This document shows, one piece after another, positions 1 to 12,899 of a stretch of 64,000 bases of DNA (position 1 is the first letter of the stretch; every line of letters starts with the position of its first letter). Source of the DNA: Eledone cirrhosa (lineage: Eukaryota); contig OZ024744.1 of the NCBI GenBank assembly GCA_964016885.1, forward strand, positions 85,126,001 through 85,190,000. The letters run 5' to 3'. The position numbers were made by a program, and so were the translations under genes. The notes under the pieces are model-generated. The model had not been told where the DNA came from. It was given only the letters and a program-made list of their open reading frames with translations, and made no database searches.

Positions 1-87
1 AGAAAACCGATCAATGCGGTAAAAACTGACCAGTCCGCTATTTTGGACAATCCCAAAATAAGCTTCTCTCGCTTTTGATCAAAACAG

Positions 88-242
88 TCTTCTTCTTCTT
101 CTTCTTCTTCTTCTTCTTCTTCTTCTTCTTCTTCTTCTTCTTCTTCTTCTTCTTCTTCTTCTTCTTCTTCTTCTTCTGCTTCTTCTTCTTCTTCTTCTTT
201 CATCACCACATTTGTCGTCTCATACAACGTTATGTTTCCTAT

Positions 243-307
<65 letters not shown>

Positions 308-389
308 GATGCTGCTGCTACTGCCGCTGCTGCTACTATTGCTGCTGCAGCTACTGCTACTACTGCTGCTACTTCTGCTGCTGCTGCTG

Positions 390-472
<83 letters not shown>

Positions 473-479
473 GCTGCTG

Positions 480-551
<72 letters not shown>

Positions 552-831
552 CTGCTGCTGCTGCTACTACTACTACTGCCCTTCATTCTTGTCTATTACA
601 CATTTGATTCTTGTTTTTCCTCTATTTAGTTTTGTGTGACCTCTTGTCACTTTTATTGATATTCTTCTTCTTCTTTTACTACTACTACTACTACTACTTT
701 TTTATTTTCCCTCTTTTCTCTCTTTTCCTTCTTTTTATCCCCCTCCCCTCCTCCTCCTTCTTCTTCTTCTTCTTCTTCTTCTTCTTCTTCTTCTTCTTCT
801 TCTTCTTCTTCTTCTTCTTCTTCTTCTTCTT
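88..831. repeat. Compound trinucleotide microsatellites (TTC)n, (CTA/CTG)n, (TTC)n
   Basis: Direct tandem repeats at ~88-200, ~243-578 and ~757-831; the poly-F/L/T/S ORFs are artefacts. Confidence 0.95.
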
Positions 832-1489
832 CTCCTTACTATTTTACTCGTTGCCACTATATTTACTTATTTAGTTAGTTAATTAGTTATTTATCTAATC
901 GTTTATGTATCTATTTTTTAAATTATTTATGCGATTAATTTTTTACCTATTCTCAAATTATCATTCACTAAACGTTACAATTTTTGATTGAAACGAGATC
1001 AGCGTGTGGTGACTATTTAAGTATCTATCACAATTGTTTGTATCTTTCTAACATATTTATCAGTGACGCTATGAATGTTTATGATCATCAGAAATAATAC
1101 ATCGTGTCTGATGATTTTGCTAACAGTACTTTTGTCTTGTTTTACTATTATTTGAATTTACCTTGCCTTTGCGATAACATAACCAAATAAATATCTGCCG
1201 AAATATATAGTATATAATAACTAGTTGTTGTTGTTGTTGTTGTTGTTGTTGTTGCTGTTGTTGTTTTTTCAGAGGGGGGGGGGGGGGTAATTTAATCTTT
1301 TTTTTTTACAAGATGGCGACGATTTTTTACTATGCATCTTCGAAGTATGACGTCTTACACGTATTTGTTGGTATTCCCTCTTTTTTTTTTTTAAACGTAC
1401 ACATACGTAAAAAAGAAAAATGAACTATATACACAGAGAGAAATATTAAGAAACGAAAATACAATGAATTGTCAATGTCAATAAACGAA

Positions 1490-1524
<35 letters not shown>

Positions 1525-1949
1525 AAACATCAAATGATGTAAAAGAAATAGTGGGAGCCATCTTAATAAAATCACCGATATAATCCTTCTGTGCTAAATA
1601 GAAAAACCGCTGGTTTTTAAAATATGACAGCTTCAAAGTTCTGTTCTGCACCACAACAATCTCACGCAAACTCTTTGGTATCAAGCTGAAACATTGACAT
1701 TCTAAAACACTTGGCAGCATTACCATTGGTCAGTATATAATTGAAGTAAAAATACCATGGAGAGATTTCTTGTAAATTTCAACAATAAATCTTGAATGTG
1801 AGTGAAATACACTGGAAGCACGAAATAAAATATTGAACAGATTAAATACGGGTTTAACAAAAGAAACAATCCATACAAGCTAAAGAGAGAACATTTGATG
1901 AAAAGTTATTAAAATGATTAAAATGTTATTATAGACGTGTTTCAATATT

Positions 1950-2315
1950 ACATACATACATGCATGGATGTATACATACGTGCATGAATACTGACAGACA
2001 TATATATAGGTACACACATATATATGTATATATGTACATACATGCACATACATCCATGTATGCATACATAAGTACATACACACGTACATACATACATACA
2101 TACATACATACATACATACATACATACATACATACATACATACATACATACATACACACGTACATGCATACATACATATTTACGTGCATACATACATGCA
2201 TAAATATGTACGTGAAGACATACATACATATATGCGTACATATACACATCCATGCATACATGCATGGATACATACACACACATAGATACATACATATATA
2301 CATGCACACACACAC

Positions 2316-2350
<35 letters not shown>
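1950..2350. repeat. (ATAC)n/(TA)n microsatellite region
   Basis: Visible tandem repeats. Confidence 0.9.
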
Positions 2351-2665
2351 GGATTGCTGCCTCTTTGTTATCGAGTATGGCCATTGCACGATATACCATC
2401 ATTAATAATTATTAATTAATTCTATCATGCAATGCCTGTGCGTGAAGATATTTGTTTAAGTGAGGAAAGACTGTGCACTGAGCCAATCCCACTCTCTGAG
2501 CGACAGTAGCTATAACCTGAAAAGAAGAAAAGATCAACATCATCGGTAACTACTGAGCCGCAGGTTTTATATCGGAGTTATCCCAGTTTCCTGAGTTGCC
2601 TTCTCCTAGAAGAATGCCCTGACAAAGGCTAGGGATCCTTCACTCCCAGTGGTTTAACCACGCGG

Positions 2666-2666
<1 letters not shown>
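2351..2666 (-). mobile_element. Interspersed repeat family Y (probably RTE-LINE 5'-derived, non-autonomous), copy 1
   Basis: Strong similarity to 57881-58370 and partial similarity to 51805-51915 (shared CCAATCCCACTCTCTGAGC...AACATCATCGG...GCAGGTTTT); class and strand are inferred. Confidence 0.6.
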
Positions 2667-2753
<87 letters not shown>

Positions 2754-2769
2754 TATCTAAGTATCTAAG

Positions 2770-3372
2770 TTTATACAATTTGACATTAACGACTATTAGT
2801 CCTCTATATCACCCAATACCTTGGATAAAGCCTTAGCATTCGCCAAACCAATTCTGACCTGACAGACGACGAGATAAAAATTATATTAGCTGCTAGGAAA
2901 ACAATAATTAAATTTGAAAACGCCTATTGAGAATTTAAGGATAGATTAGATAACTTTGACATCACGATGGGGGCTAATGACTCGGCTCAGGTCAGGGTTT
3001 TAGTAGGTATTTACATAGCCCATAGTTTACATAAGGAATTTAGTGACCTTCACGGTGGAATCTACAGAGATGACGCCCTTCTTCTAGTTAAGAACCTAAA
3101 TAACCAGAACATAGAAAGACTGCGCAAGAATATTAGAAAGACTCTCGGGAAACCAACCCTTAGCATAACGTACGAATATAGCACTAAAATAGTTAACTTT
3201 CTAGACGCGATGCTTAACCTAAATACGACCTTTTTACAAGAATAATGAAAACTTAGCATAGATCAACTGTAATTCGAACCTCCCACTCTCCATAATTAAG
3301 TCCGTTCCACGCAGCATATCCCTTAGGATCTCCGTCCTCTCGTCTAACCGACAAATCTTCGAGGAACACGTG
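2770..3372 (+). pseudogene. Penelope-like element reverse transcriptase fragment
   Basis: IQFDINDY*SSISPNTLDKALAFA, FDITMGANDSAQV..LVG, GGIYRDD, IVNFLDAMLNL match PLE RT motifs; contains stops and frameshifts. Confidence 0.75.
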
Positions 3373-3375
3373 TAC

Positions 3376-4315
3376 TCCTGGACGGACTCACCTACATAAA
3401 CTTTTCGGTTGAGGGTAGGCGGCCTTCATGTTACCATTGCTTTAGCAGGGGTCACCTGAGGGCTTCCTGTCCTAAATTAATGAATAAAAAAAAGGCTCTT
3501 CTGCCGACACCAATCAAAACAACGCAACCACCAACACCACCACAACAACAACAACAACACAAACACACAAAAATAACCACAACAAACACAGTCCCACCCA
3601 ACCCCACTCCACCTAAAACCACTGCAAAATCACATACAGACACAACAGCTCCCCAAGACATACCCCTCCCCAATCACACAGACGATACAACAAATGAGGC
3701 TATCTCGCCATCACCCAGTGAAGACGAGGGAGAAACCCATCGCTCGAAAAGAAAGAAAAGACATCACAAAAGCAAAAAACCAGCAAACACTACCACAAAC
3801 ATACAACCACCAACACAAACAACAAAAACATCACAAACAAAACCCCCACCTCCTGAAAACAAAATACCTACAACAAAACGAAAGCACACACAAGAACTAC
3901 AGACAAAAACAAACACAACACAAGAAAATTACACTTACACTTACATAAACACTGAAAACAAAACACTAATGGAGACCATCACGAACGACCCTTCGGTGAA
4001 AACCGAAGGGAAAACTTTCGCCCACTCTATTAAAAATAACAAAAAACTGAACCTAAAACTGATTAGGGTCCCTATACAAACTTATAGGTCCCTAAAAGAA
4101 ACATTTGAGGAGGATGTGGGGAATTCCTGCGTGAAACCACTTAACCGCGTCCTTGTCAAATGTCTCCCACCCCAGACACCCCCATCCCACCAGACCCCAC
4201 CCCACCAAACATCTCCGTCCCCACCCCGCCGGAAACCACCACCCATCCAGACAACCCCTCCAACACCCCCATGGAAATCGTGCGGTCTGGTCCCCAGGAG
4301 ACGAAGGGTGAGTGA
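3376..4315 (+). pseudogene. Tx1 ORF1 C-terminal part (CCHC zinc knuckle, T/P/K-rich tail)
   Basis: VEGRRPSCYHCFSRGHLRASCP (C-x2-C-x4-H-x4-C) in frame upstream of ORF 3480..4361; homologous to ORF1 of copies 2 and 3. Confidence 0.8.
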
Positions 4316-4348
4316 TCTCTTTTACTCTTTTAACTTTTCAGCACCAAC

Positions 4349-7300
4349 ATGGCCAATATAAGAGTTGGATGTGTGAACGTACGCGGCCTGGGGATGCCCT
4401 GGAAACAGGGCAAACTCTTAAACGACCTCATTTGCGAGTCCAGGATCCACAGCCAGCGACAGCTGGCCCCCATCTTCGATGACTTTGAGATCTACGCATC
4501 TCTCTGTCAACCGGGGGGTGGGGACGGAGTTGCCGTTTTGCTGCGGAAACACCTGGGCCTCGTAACACAGACGGTACATCTGGACCCGGAGGGTCGACTG
4601 GTGGTCCTAGACGTTGACGGTAGTGAAGGTGGAGCCTTCAGGCTGGTGGGACTATGTGGGACGTTGGGACTATGTGGGAGCATGTCCCGATAAAGGGGGG
4701 GGGGTGTAACAGCCTCAAACAGTTAATCGACCGATTTGACCTGGCCGATAGATATCGACTAGATTTTCCGACTGTGCCACTGTTGACGTGGACTAATCGT
4801 AACGGAACATCTAGATCGTACCTAGATAGGGTTCTAGTTAGAAATAAGGATAGGGACATGTTAAGCTGTCCACAAATGTTCATGGTTGCCTATTCAGATC
4901 ACAAACTAGTGACCTGCATGGCCAACCTTGATAGAACCCATAGACAAGGACCTGGCTACTGGAAGCTGAACTTGTCGTTACCGATAAGCAAATCCTACAG
5001 TAGACGGATTAGTACTTTAGTTAAACAGCACTTGACAGGGACCATTGTCAACAACAGATGGTGGTACTCTCTCAAGAGGGCAGTTAGACTAGACTCGATA
5101 GTTTTTAGTAAAGAATTAGCGTTAGATAGAAATAGAACCGAGAAGGAACTGGTAGATAAAGTAGAAGAGGCAATTAGAAGTGGCAACGTAGCCAGCGTGC
5201 TAGCAACGAGAACGGCCTTGGACCAGTTCTTCGACGCAAAGCACGAGGGCTGCGTTGTCAGAAGCAAAATACGTGCTCTGGGAAACGATGGAGCCAAAGC
5301 TGTTAGCTGGGCCCGAGTGACGGAGGCAAAAAGTGGCAACAAGTCCACGATTCGGTCTTTGAAGAACCAAAACGGACGCGTGATACGTGAGCCGAAGCAG
5401 ATGTGTGCGGCTTTTCAGAGGCACTTTGCTCAACTGTTCGGGAGGGGCGGCGCGCCGGGAGGGGCTATGGATTTCGGTCCATACCTCGACTCTCGGACAG
5501 CGAGGCAAAGTTCTGCGAAAAGCCGATTTCAGCCGCTGAGATAGGGGACGCGCTGAGCCAATGCGGCAAACGCAAATCTCCAGGTCTCGACGGTCTACCC
5601 TACGAATTTTACGTAGCAATGCCGGACTTATTCTCCGGTCTCCTGGAACGGTCTACTGCAACTGGCAACAGAACGGGAGAATTCCCAGTTCTGTAACCGG
5701 GGGCGTGGTCACACTAATCAGGAAGGACGAGAAGAAGGGGGATGACATAGGCAACTTCCGGCCCATAACTCTGCTAAACACAGAGTTACAGATTTTGGCC
5801 AAGGTGTTTGCAAAGAGGCTGGCGCTTGTCGTCGATAACCTGGTGGGAGAAGCGCAGACATGCGCAGTCCTGACCAGGTCCATACACGACAACCTCCACC
5901 TCATGCGATACATCATAGAGAGAGTAGGGTGTAAACCCGGCTTCGGTGGGGCCCTGAATCAACTTGGATCAGTCTAAGGCTTTCGATAGGGTTGACCATC
6001 CTTACCTGGATGCGGTGCTCGAGGCGGCAGGCTTCGGACCCGTGTTCAGGGGCTGGATTGCTGCAATGCACAACAGCAACATCTGCTCAAGGGTCACGGT
6101 GAATGGCTACTTCTCGGAGCCGTTCCATATTACGCGATCCATTCGACAGGGATGCCGTCTCTCTTTCCTTCTGTACGTACTGACTCTCGAGCCACTACTG
6201 CGGAAGTTGGAGCTATTGCAGGGCATCCCTCTGGAACCGGGACTGCGGAAAGCGGCGTCGGCCTACGCCGACGACGTTACAGTAATGGTGTCGAGCGCCT
6301 CGCAAATCGAGGAAGTCGGCACCTTACTGAAGGAATACGAAAGTTTCACAGGAGCGAAGCTGAACCGGGACAAGTCCATCGGTTTGCAACTCGGATCGTT
6401 GAGAGGCAAACCGATGCCTTCCGATGGCGTCGTCGGACGCTGGACGGAAGGAGCCGTAAAGCTGCTCGGGGTCTGGTTTGGTCCGGACCTCCAGGTGGAG
6501 AAGAACTGGAACGAAGTGACGGCCAAGGTGTTTGCACTCACCCAGAAGTGGGCCGAGTGCAAACTATCCTTGAAAGGTCGAGCGGAGGTGGCGAACACTT
6601 GTATAGCGTCCGCCATCTACTACCGCTTGACCGTCGTGCCTTGTCCAGCCAAAACGCTCGCCAAAATGGAGTGCGCGCTCTTCCGATTCCTTTGGAAGAG
6701 GCGGGCTCCTTTGGTGAGAAGATCCATCTGCTGCCAACACCCTTCTAACGGAGGGCTGGGGATGCCGTGGTTGACGATGCGCAAAGACGCGCTCAGGCTT
6801 CGGCATCTCTACGTATTCCTCACCGGACAACCGGTGTGGCCCCCGTTCGTGTGCCCCCCCCCCCCCCCGCTCGGGGTCTTGTTCCGTCCAGACCTTCAGG
6901 TGGAGAAAAACTGGAACGACGTCACGGCCAAGGTATTTGCGCTCACCAAGAAATGGGGAGAGTGCAAACTATCCTTGAAAGGTCGAGCGGAGGTGGCGAA
7001 CACTTTCATAGCGTCCGTCACCTACTACCGTTTGACGGCCGTGCCTTGTCCCCGTGAACATCTCACCAAGATGGAACGCATGCTCTTCCAGTTCCTTTGG
7101 ACGAAGCAGGCTCCACTGGTGAGGAGATTCGTCTGCTGTCACCACCCTTCCAACGGAGAGATGGGAATGCCGTGGCTGATGATGCACAAGTATGCGCTGA
7201 GGCTACGGCATCTACAGGTATTCCTCATCGACCCCCAAGCGGTGTGGGCACCGTTTGTGAGACAGGCCTTCCAACTTGTCTCTCTGACGGAGCTGCAGTC

Positions 7301-8024
7301 CTGGGTTAAGCGAAGACCGAAGAAGATAGGTGTCTGGCACATTGAATGCGCTCAGGCGCTCACAGTCCTCTGTCAAGCGGCACGGCAATTAGTGGAGACT
7401 CCACTTCGACATTCTATAGAGGGATTGTACGTCACAAGGGCGACGACGTGCTCGGATAGACTCTAGGCGTCGAAGACGATGAACTCACCAGTCTGTTTGG
7501 TAGGACTTTCCGCCCGGGACTCATGGACAACTTCCAGAGGTCCATGGCCTGGCAGTGCTAACGAGCAGCTCTACCAGTTCGTGACAAGATCTACAGGCAC
7601 GGACGCCCCGGCAAGGATCTTTCCAAGAGGACGTGTCCAAGATGCGCGCAGGACATTGAAACCGTCCTGCACGCAATTGTACACTGCCCGAGCGGAACAA
7701 CTGATGTCGTGTATGGGACAAATCCAGTGACTGCCAAGTCCATAGTAAGGATCAAACCGCCAACTTCTTTCAAAAACGAAAGAGGCGGTTTTCCTCTGTA
7801 TAGATGCTATGTTGAAAGAGGTTATATGGTGGACGAGATTGAGAGGACTGAGGACAGATGCCTTTCTCTCCGGACAACAGCTCATTCCCTTCTTTAGATA
7901 CCAATTTAGAAGGAGAATCAGAATGGAGAGAGGGGTACTGCACCCCAGTAAATTTACTGAAAGGTGGGTGAATGTGGCAAAAATGGCCCGAGTGATTGGG
8001 CCTTCTCTGTATATAAACCTGTAG
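4349..8024 (+). pseudogene. Tx1 ORF2 (APE endonuclease + RT + C-terminal CCHC), frameshifted, with internal ~400-bp duplication
   Basis: NVRGL, SYLDR, SDHKLV, GPGYWKLN, KSPGLDG, DQSKAFDRV, SIRQGC, AYADD, CPRC..ETVLHAIVHC motifs spread over ORFs 4349-8024. Confidence 0.92.
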
Positions 8025-8257
8025 GTTGAAGAAGAGAGCAAAAGGAAGAAAGGAACACTTGCACAACACGCTCCTGAAGTTGAGGGTTGTTCTATTGACG
8101 GGGTATTAAACAACCCATTTGTGGCGCCTCCCCCCTATTGGGGATCTCGATTGTTATAATTATTTGTTTTATATTTTTTTACACGATTGTATGTAAAATC
8201 CCCGGCATGTCTTTGTTTTGTCCCCTTTTCTTGTGCGCCCTTGTGGCTAATAAAGAA

Positions 8258-8264
8258 ATCTATC

Positions 8265-8312
<48 letters not shown>

Positions 8313-8545
8313 TCTCTTTCCCACACTCTCTCTTTTTCTCTCTCTCTCTCCTCTCTCTCTCTTTCTCTCTTTCTCTCTCTGTACCTCCTCCCCCTTCTCT
8401 CTTTGTCTCTCTCTCTCACTCACTCTTTCTCTCATCGCCATGGTTCCTCCCATTTTCCCATTCTCACTCTCCCCCTTTCAATATTTCTATTTTATTTTAT
8501 TCTATTTTATTTTATTTTATTTTATTTTATTTTATTTTATTTTAT
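8258..8545. repeat. (TC)n and (TTTTA)n microsatellites
   Basis: Visible tandem repeats. Confidence 0.9.
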
Positions 8546-9029
8546 GGCGTTGAAATACATCAGATTAATGAAAAAAGGAAACTTGAAATAAGCTTACATG
8601 TGATGATAGAAAACGCAAATTTAACTTACTAAAATTTCAAAAATAACATTTACCTACAACACTTTTATTTCTGTTCTGTTGCTGTTTGTCTTGGCCCCTT
8701 TTTCCTTGACCAATATAGATTGAAAGGATCTCTGTTGAGTATCAGCTTCAGATCTATAATAGAAATATGAGAGTCACCACAGCCACTAGGGAACCAGTGC
8801 AGCTGAGCATTCAATGTCGAAGTAGTCACGCTATTTCAAGTGGAAAAATTCAGCTACAAAGAGTAACATCATAGACCAGGTAGTCACATGATCAGACCTC
8901 GGTTAGAGACAGCAACATCTGCTTTATAATTGAAAAGTCGGACCACGTAATGCTTTAGTAGCAAGTTATAATTTCTAATATAGAGATAAAGTCACATATT
9001 TGAGAGGAATTATATTCGATTTAATCGAC

Positions 9030-9507
9030 TTAGCGGAAAACTGCGCTCTCCACAAGAGTATTAAGCTGAAGCTTTTGAAGAACTTAATGTGGCCAGTGAC
9101 ACAGTATGGCTGACAGACCTGGACACTGAAAACCACTGATATCAACAAATTGATGTCATTTGAGACATAATGTTACAGGTGGGCACTGTACATCGGCTAA
9201 ATGTACCAAAACACTAACGAGTCGGTCCTGGAGGAGATGGGAATAGAGAGATAGATGGTCGGAATCATAAGGAATCGAAAGCTACACTATTTTGGTTATG
9301 TCATCAAGAACCAGAACTTCTGCCCCCACATCCTTGCGGGTCACATCGAGATCATAAGATCCAGAGAAACACCAATGAGACGCTGCAGTGATTAAATCAG
9401 AGAATGGAAAGGAAGAACGTTGGCGGTGAGCACGGTCATGGCGAGGTAGAGGTCCTGTGAAGAGCATTGGTGAAATGTTCCATGGTCTCCAACTCTCAGC
9501 AATGAGG
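9030..9507 (+). mobile_element. RTE-clade LINE 3' fragment
   Basis: Degenerate KLKLLKNLMWPVTQYG*QTWTL...FET*CYR...RKLHYF, typical of the RTE post-RT region; followed by a (GAA)n tail. Confidence 0.65.
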
Positions 9508-9630
9508 AAAGAAGAAGAAGAAGAAGAAGAAGAAGAAGAAGAAGAAGAAGAAGAAGAAGAAGAAGAAGAAGAAGAAGAAGAAGAAGAAGAAGAAGAAGAA
9601 GAAGAAGAAGAAGAAGAAGAAGAAGAAGAA

Positions 9631-9677
<47 letters not shown>

Positions 9678-9690
9678 AGAAGAAGAAGAA

Positions 9691-9737
<47 letters not shown>

Positions 9738-10002
9738 AGAAGAAGAAGAAGAAGAAGAAGAAGAAGAAGAAGAAGACGAAGAAGAAGAAGAAGAAGAAGA
9801 AGAAGAAGAAGAAGAAAGAAGAAGAAGAAGAAGAAGAAGAAGAAGAAGAAGAGAAGAAGAAGAAGAAGAAGAAGAAGAAGAAGAAGAAGAAGAAGAAGAA
9901 GAAGAAAGAAGAAGAATAAGAGGAAGAAGAAGAAGAAGAAGAAGAAGAAGAAGAAGAAGAAGAAGAAGAAGAAGAAGAAGAAGAAGAAGAAGAATAAGAA
10001 GA

Positions 10003-10041
<39 letters not shown>

Positions 10042-10221
10042 AGAAGAAGAAGAAGAAGAAGAAGAAGAAGAAGAAGAAGAAGAAGAAGAAGAAGAAGAAG
10101 AAGAAGAAGAAGAAGAAGAAGAAGAAGAAGAAGAAGAAGAAGAAGAAGAAGAAGAAGAAGAAGAAGAAGAAGAAGAAGAAGAAGAAGAAGAAGAAGAAGA
10201 AGAAGAAGAAGAAGAAGAAGA
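9508..10221 (+). repeat. (GAA)n tract, ~710 bp
   Basis: Visible tandem repeat directly after the RTE fragment. Confidence 0.95.
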
Positions 10222-10347
10222 ACCATAGTAGATTTTTAACTTTATAAGAAAACCGGTTAATGGAAATGGACCAGGAAGAAACCTAATAGCTGAATAAGCA
10301 TCCGTGGTTCTACAGAAGAGCATCTAATTTATATTTAATTAGACCAT

Positions 10348-10568
10348 AGATCTAATCTAATCTATTCTGGCCAAGTTTACACTCGTAAATAAGAAGAACC
10401 AGGGCCACCCCTAGGAACATTGCATTTGGTGTACTTCATATTTGTTTTGGTTGCTGAATACAATCAGGGGTCACTGCTACTCCTGAAGGTCAATAGTTCT
10501 CTTCTAACTTGAGCGGGAGTGCCTTTCATTGTCAATTTGCATTAGTCATCTACAAAACCACATTGTTA
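10348..10568 (-). mobile_element. Retroposon 3'-end family X with (TAGAT)n tail, copy 1
   Basis: Homologous to 11868-12150 (same orientation) and 55830-56050 (opposite orientation, ending GGCCAGATTAGATTAGAATAG). Confidence 0.7.
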
Positions 10569-10639
10569 TATATGTTATATACACACGATTATACACCATT
10601 ATATACACAGTTATATACGTTATATACACACCATTATAT

Positions 10640-10820
10640 GGCAGTATCGGTAGAGGGTTGGAGGCCATGCTTTCTAGCATAGTTACGTCCCTTTACGGTC
10701 TGAGTTCAAATCCTGCCGAGGTTAACTTTGCCTTTCATCCTTATGGGGTCGATAAAATAAAGTACCAGTAATGTACTGAGTAATTGCTGGCCTTGTGCCT
10801 AAAGTAGAAACAATTATTAT
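10640..10820 (+). mobile_element. tRNA-headed SINE family A (Meta/MESC-like core), 5'-clipped
   Basis: GGCAGTATCGG A-box, GAGTTCAAATCC B-box, core GCCTTTCATCCTT..GGGGTCGATAAAATAAAGTACCAG, tail AGAAACAATTATT. Confidence 0.85.
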
Positions 10821-11299
10821 ACACTATCATGTATACACCATTATATACACACTATTATATACACATTATTATACACCACCATTATATACATCAATATACA
10901 AACATCATTATATATACACTATTATATACACACCATTATATACACACCATTTTCTATACACCATTATATACACCAATATACACACCATTATATATACACC
11001 ATTATATACACACCATTATATACACACCATTATCTATACACCATTATATACACACCATTATCTATACACCATTATATACACCAATATACACACATCATTA
11101 TATATACACTATTATATATACACCATTATATACACACCATTATCTATACACCGTTATATACACCAATATACACTATTATATATACACTATTATATATACA
11201 CCATTATGTATACACCATTATGCATACACCATTATATACACCAATATGTACACCATTATATATACACTATTATATTTACATCATTATGTATACACCATT

Positions 11300-11492
11300 A
11301 GGGCGGTGGATTGGCAGTATCGGTAGCGGGTCGGACGCCATGCTTTCCAGCATAGTTACGTCCCTTTACGATCTGAGTTCAAATCCCACCGAGGTTGACT
11401 TTGCCTTTCATCCTTACGGGGTCGATAAAATAAAGTACCAGTAATGTACTGGATAATTGCTGGCCTTGTGCCCAAAGTAGAAACAATTATTA
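11300..11492 (+). mobile_element. SINE family A, full length
   Basis: GGGCGGTGGATTGGCAGTATCGG head, B-box, core and (ATT) tail. Confidence 0.9.
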
Positions 11493-11547
11493 TATATACA
11501 CTATTATATATACACCATTATATATACACCATTATATATACACCATT

Positions 11548-11836
11548 GTCTAAAATCTATGGCAAACTCCCTCGAGCCTCTGCCCTTCTAAAATCCCGGA
11601 GAGCTCAATTTGCTGACCACTGTCACCGTGCCAGCAATGAAATTATATCCACTCTCTTTGCTCTGGAACCCTGACTCCAGCTTGACTAGGAGTAGGAAGC
11701 TGTCATTCCCTGACGTTATCTCTAGGGATACGGGAATCAGTAGACAGGACCTGGGGGCAGCGATGGGGGACAGGGAATTCTGGGGCATGAGAGTGAGATC
11801 CATCATCTCGACAGTAGTCGACGAATGATGATGATG
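11548..11836 (+). mobile_element. RTE-like LINE 3' end with (TGA)n tail and TSD
   Basis: KSRRAQFADHCHRA..., homologous to 17560-18000; flanked by direct repeat ATATATACACCATT. Confidence 0.75.
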
Positions 11837-11867
11837 ATATATACACCATTATGTATACACCATTATA

Positions 11868-12150
11868 TATCTAATCTAATCTAATCTGGCCGAGTTTACA
11901 CTCGCAAATAAAAAGAACCAGGGCCGCCCCTAGGAGCATTGGATTTGGTGTACTTCATATTTGTTTCGGTTGCCGAATATAATCAAGAGTCGCTGCAGTG
12001 GTCAATAGTTCTCTTCTAACTCGAGCGGGGGTGCCTTTCCATTGTCAATTTGCATTGATCATCTGCACAACCGCATTGTTCTCAGAACCACTACACCAGT
12101 ATTTCGATGCGAGCAGCTGGAACTACTGCCACCCATTGATTTGGCAGGAT
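11868..12150 (-). mobile_element. Retroposon 3'-end family X, copy 2
   Basis: Homology to 10348-10568 and 55830-56050. Confidence 0.7.
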
Positions 12151-12163
12151 TGTTTTTTTTTTT

Positions 12164-12352
12164 TTAGATGGCCGTTGACTCTTATGAGTTCTTCCGCCCT
12201 TTGTCAGGTTTTGCTTTTTGTCCTGCAGGGTGTCCAAAATCACTCTCCTCCCCAAGTAAACTTGATGGGGTTGCCGGTTTAGTCGCCGACGACCCGACCA
12301 TGCGACAGGTTGTACTGGGTTACACGCTACCAGTAGCACTCGAGAGTGACCA
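12164..12352 (-). mobile_element. Family Y fragment
   Basis: Near-identical to 51938-52127 (GTCGCCGACGACCCGAC...CTCGAGAGTGACC). Confidence 0.65.
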
Positions 12353-12899
12353 TAGAAGATGAATTGATATACGAAACATTTGTGTCATAATGTCTGGAGA
12401 AAATGACCCAGGGTCGACTTCCGTATGGAAAAAAGATAGCTAAGTCAGTGTTAACGTCTTTAAAGTAGTGATAGAAAAATGTTTAATTAATCAAGTCTCC
12501 CCGTTCAGTAAAGAGAGTAACATATTATCTCAACGGTGCTAACAGGGAGAACTCTGAATTGTCAAAATAACTTAAATTAAAATTCCGCCTCTTTGTGTAA
12601 TGCTGTCACACCAAACTCGTGTACAGTAATTCCCGTAGAGACAATTAGGCAAATGCAAAAAAAAAAAGCAATGTACGCTTCACAGAGGAGGTCCAATAAG
12701 AGAGAAAAATATTCGAAATTGTCCCCATGCACGCAAAAAATCAAAATAATATTGACAATTGATTGATATTAGCACATGTGTTAACATTTTATTAACACTC
12801 ACTGCATACATAATTCCGAATTTTATTAATTGAAATTTGGGAGTTGTTTTCTCTAAATGTTTCGACCAGATTTAAACCTTGGCTAACCATAACCCAATC

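Larger units (their letters stand above)
3376..8259 (+). mobile_element. L1/Tx1-clade LINE copy 1 (5'-truncated), 3' end abutting (TC)n
   Basis: ORF1 remnant plus APE-RT ORF2, 3'UTR ending CCCTTGTGGCTAATAAAGAAATC then (TC)n. Confidence 0.9.
10569..11867. repeat. Degenerate TATACACCAT-type minisatellite interrupted by two SINEs and an RTE fragment
   Basis: Repeated TATA(TA)CAC(AC)CAT units. Confidence 0.85.

Noticed and set aside
1309-1565. AAGATGGCG (YY1/start-like) with TGACGTC and an inverted GCCATCTT as a host gene start
   Set aside because: No convincing ORF, donor site or downstream exon; the motifs alone are insufficient
9282-10323. Poly-E/R/S/L/F ORFs, and the many YI/YV/HT/D/M-repeat ORFs elsewhere
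   Set aside because: Translations of microsatellites
11300-11400. tRNA genes at the A/B-box motifs
   Set aside because: No cloverleaf, and each continues into the SINE core and tail; these are SINE heads
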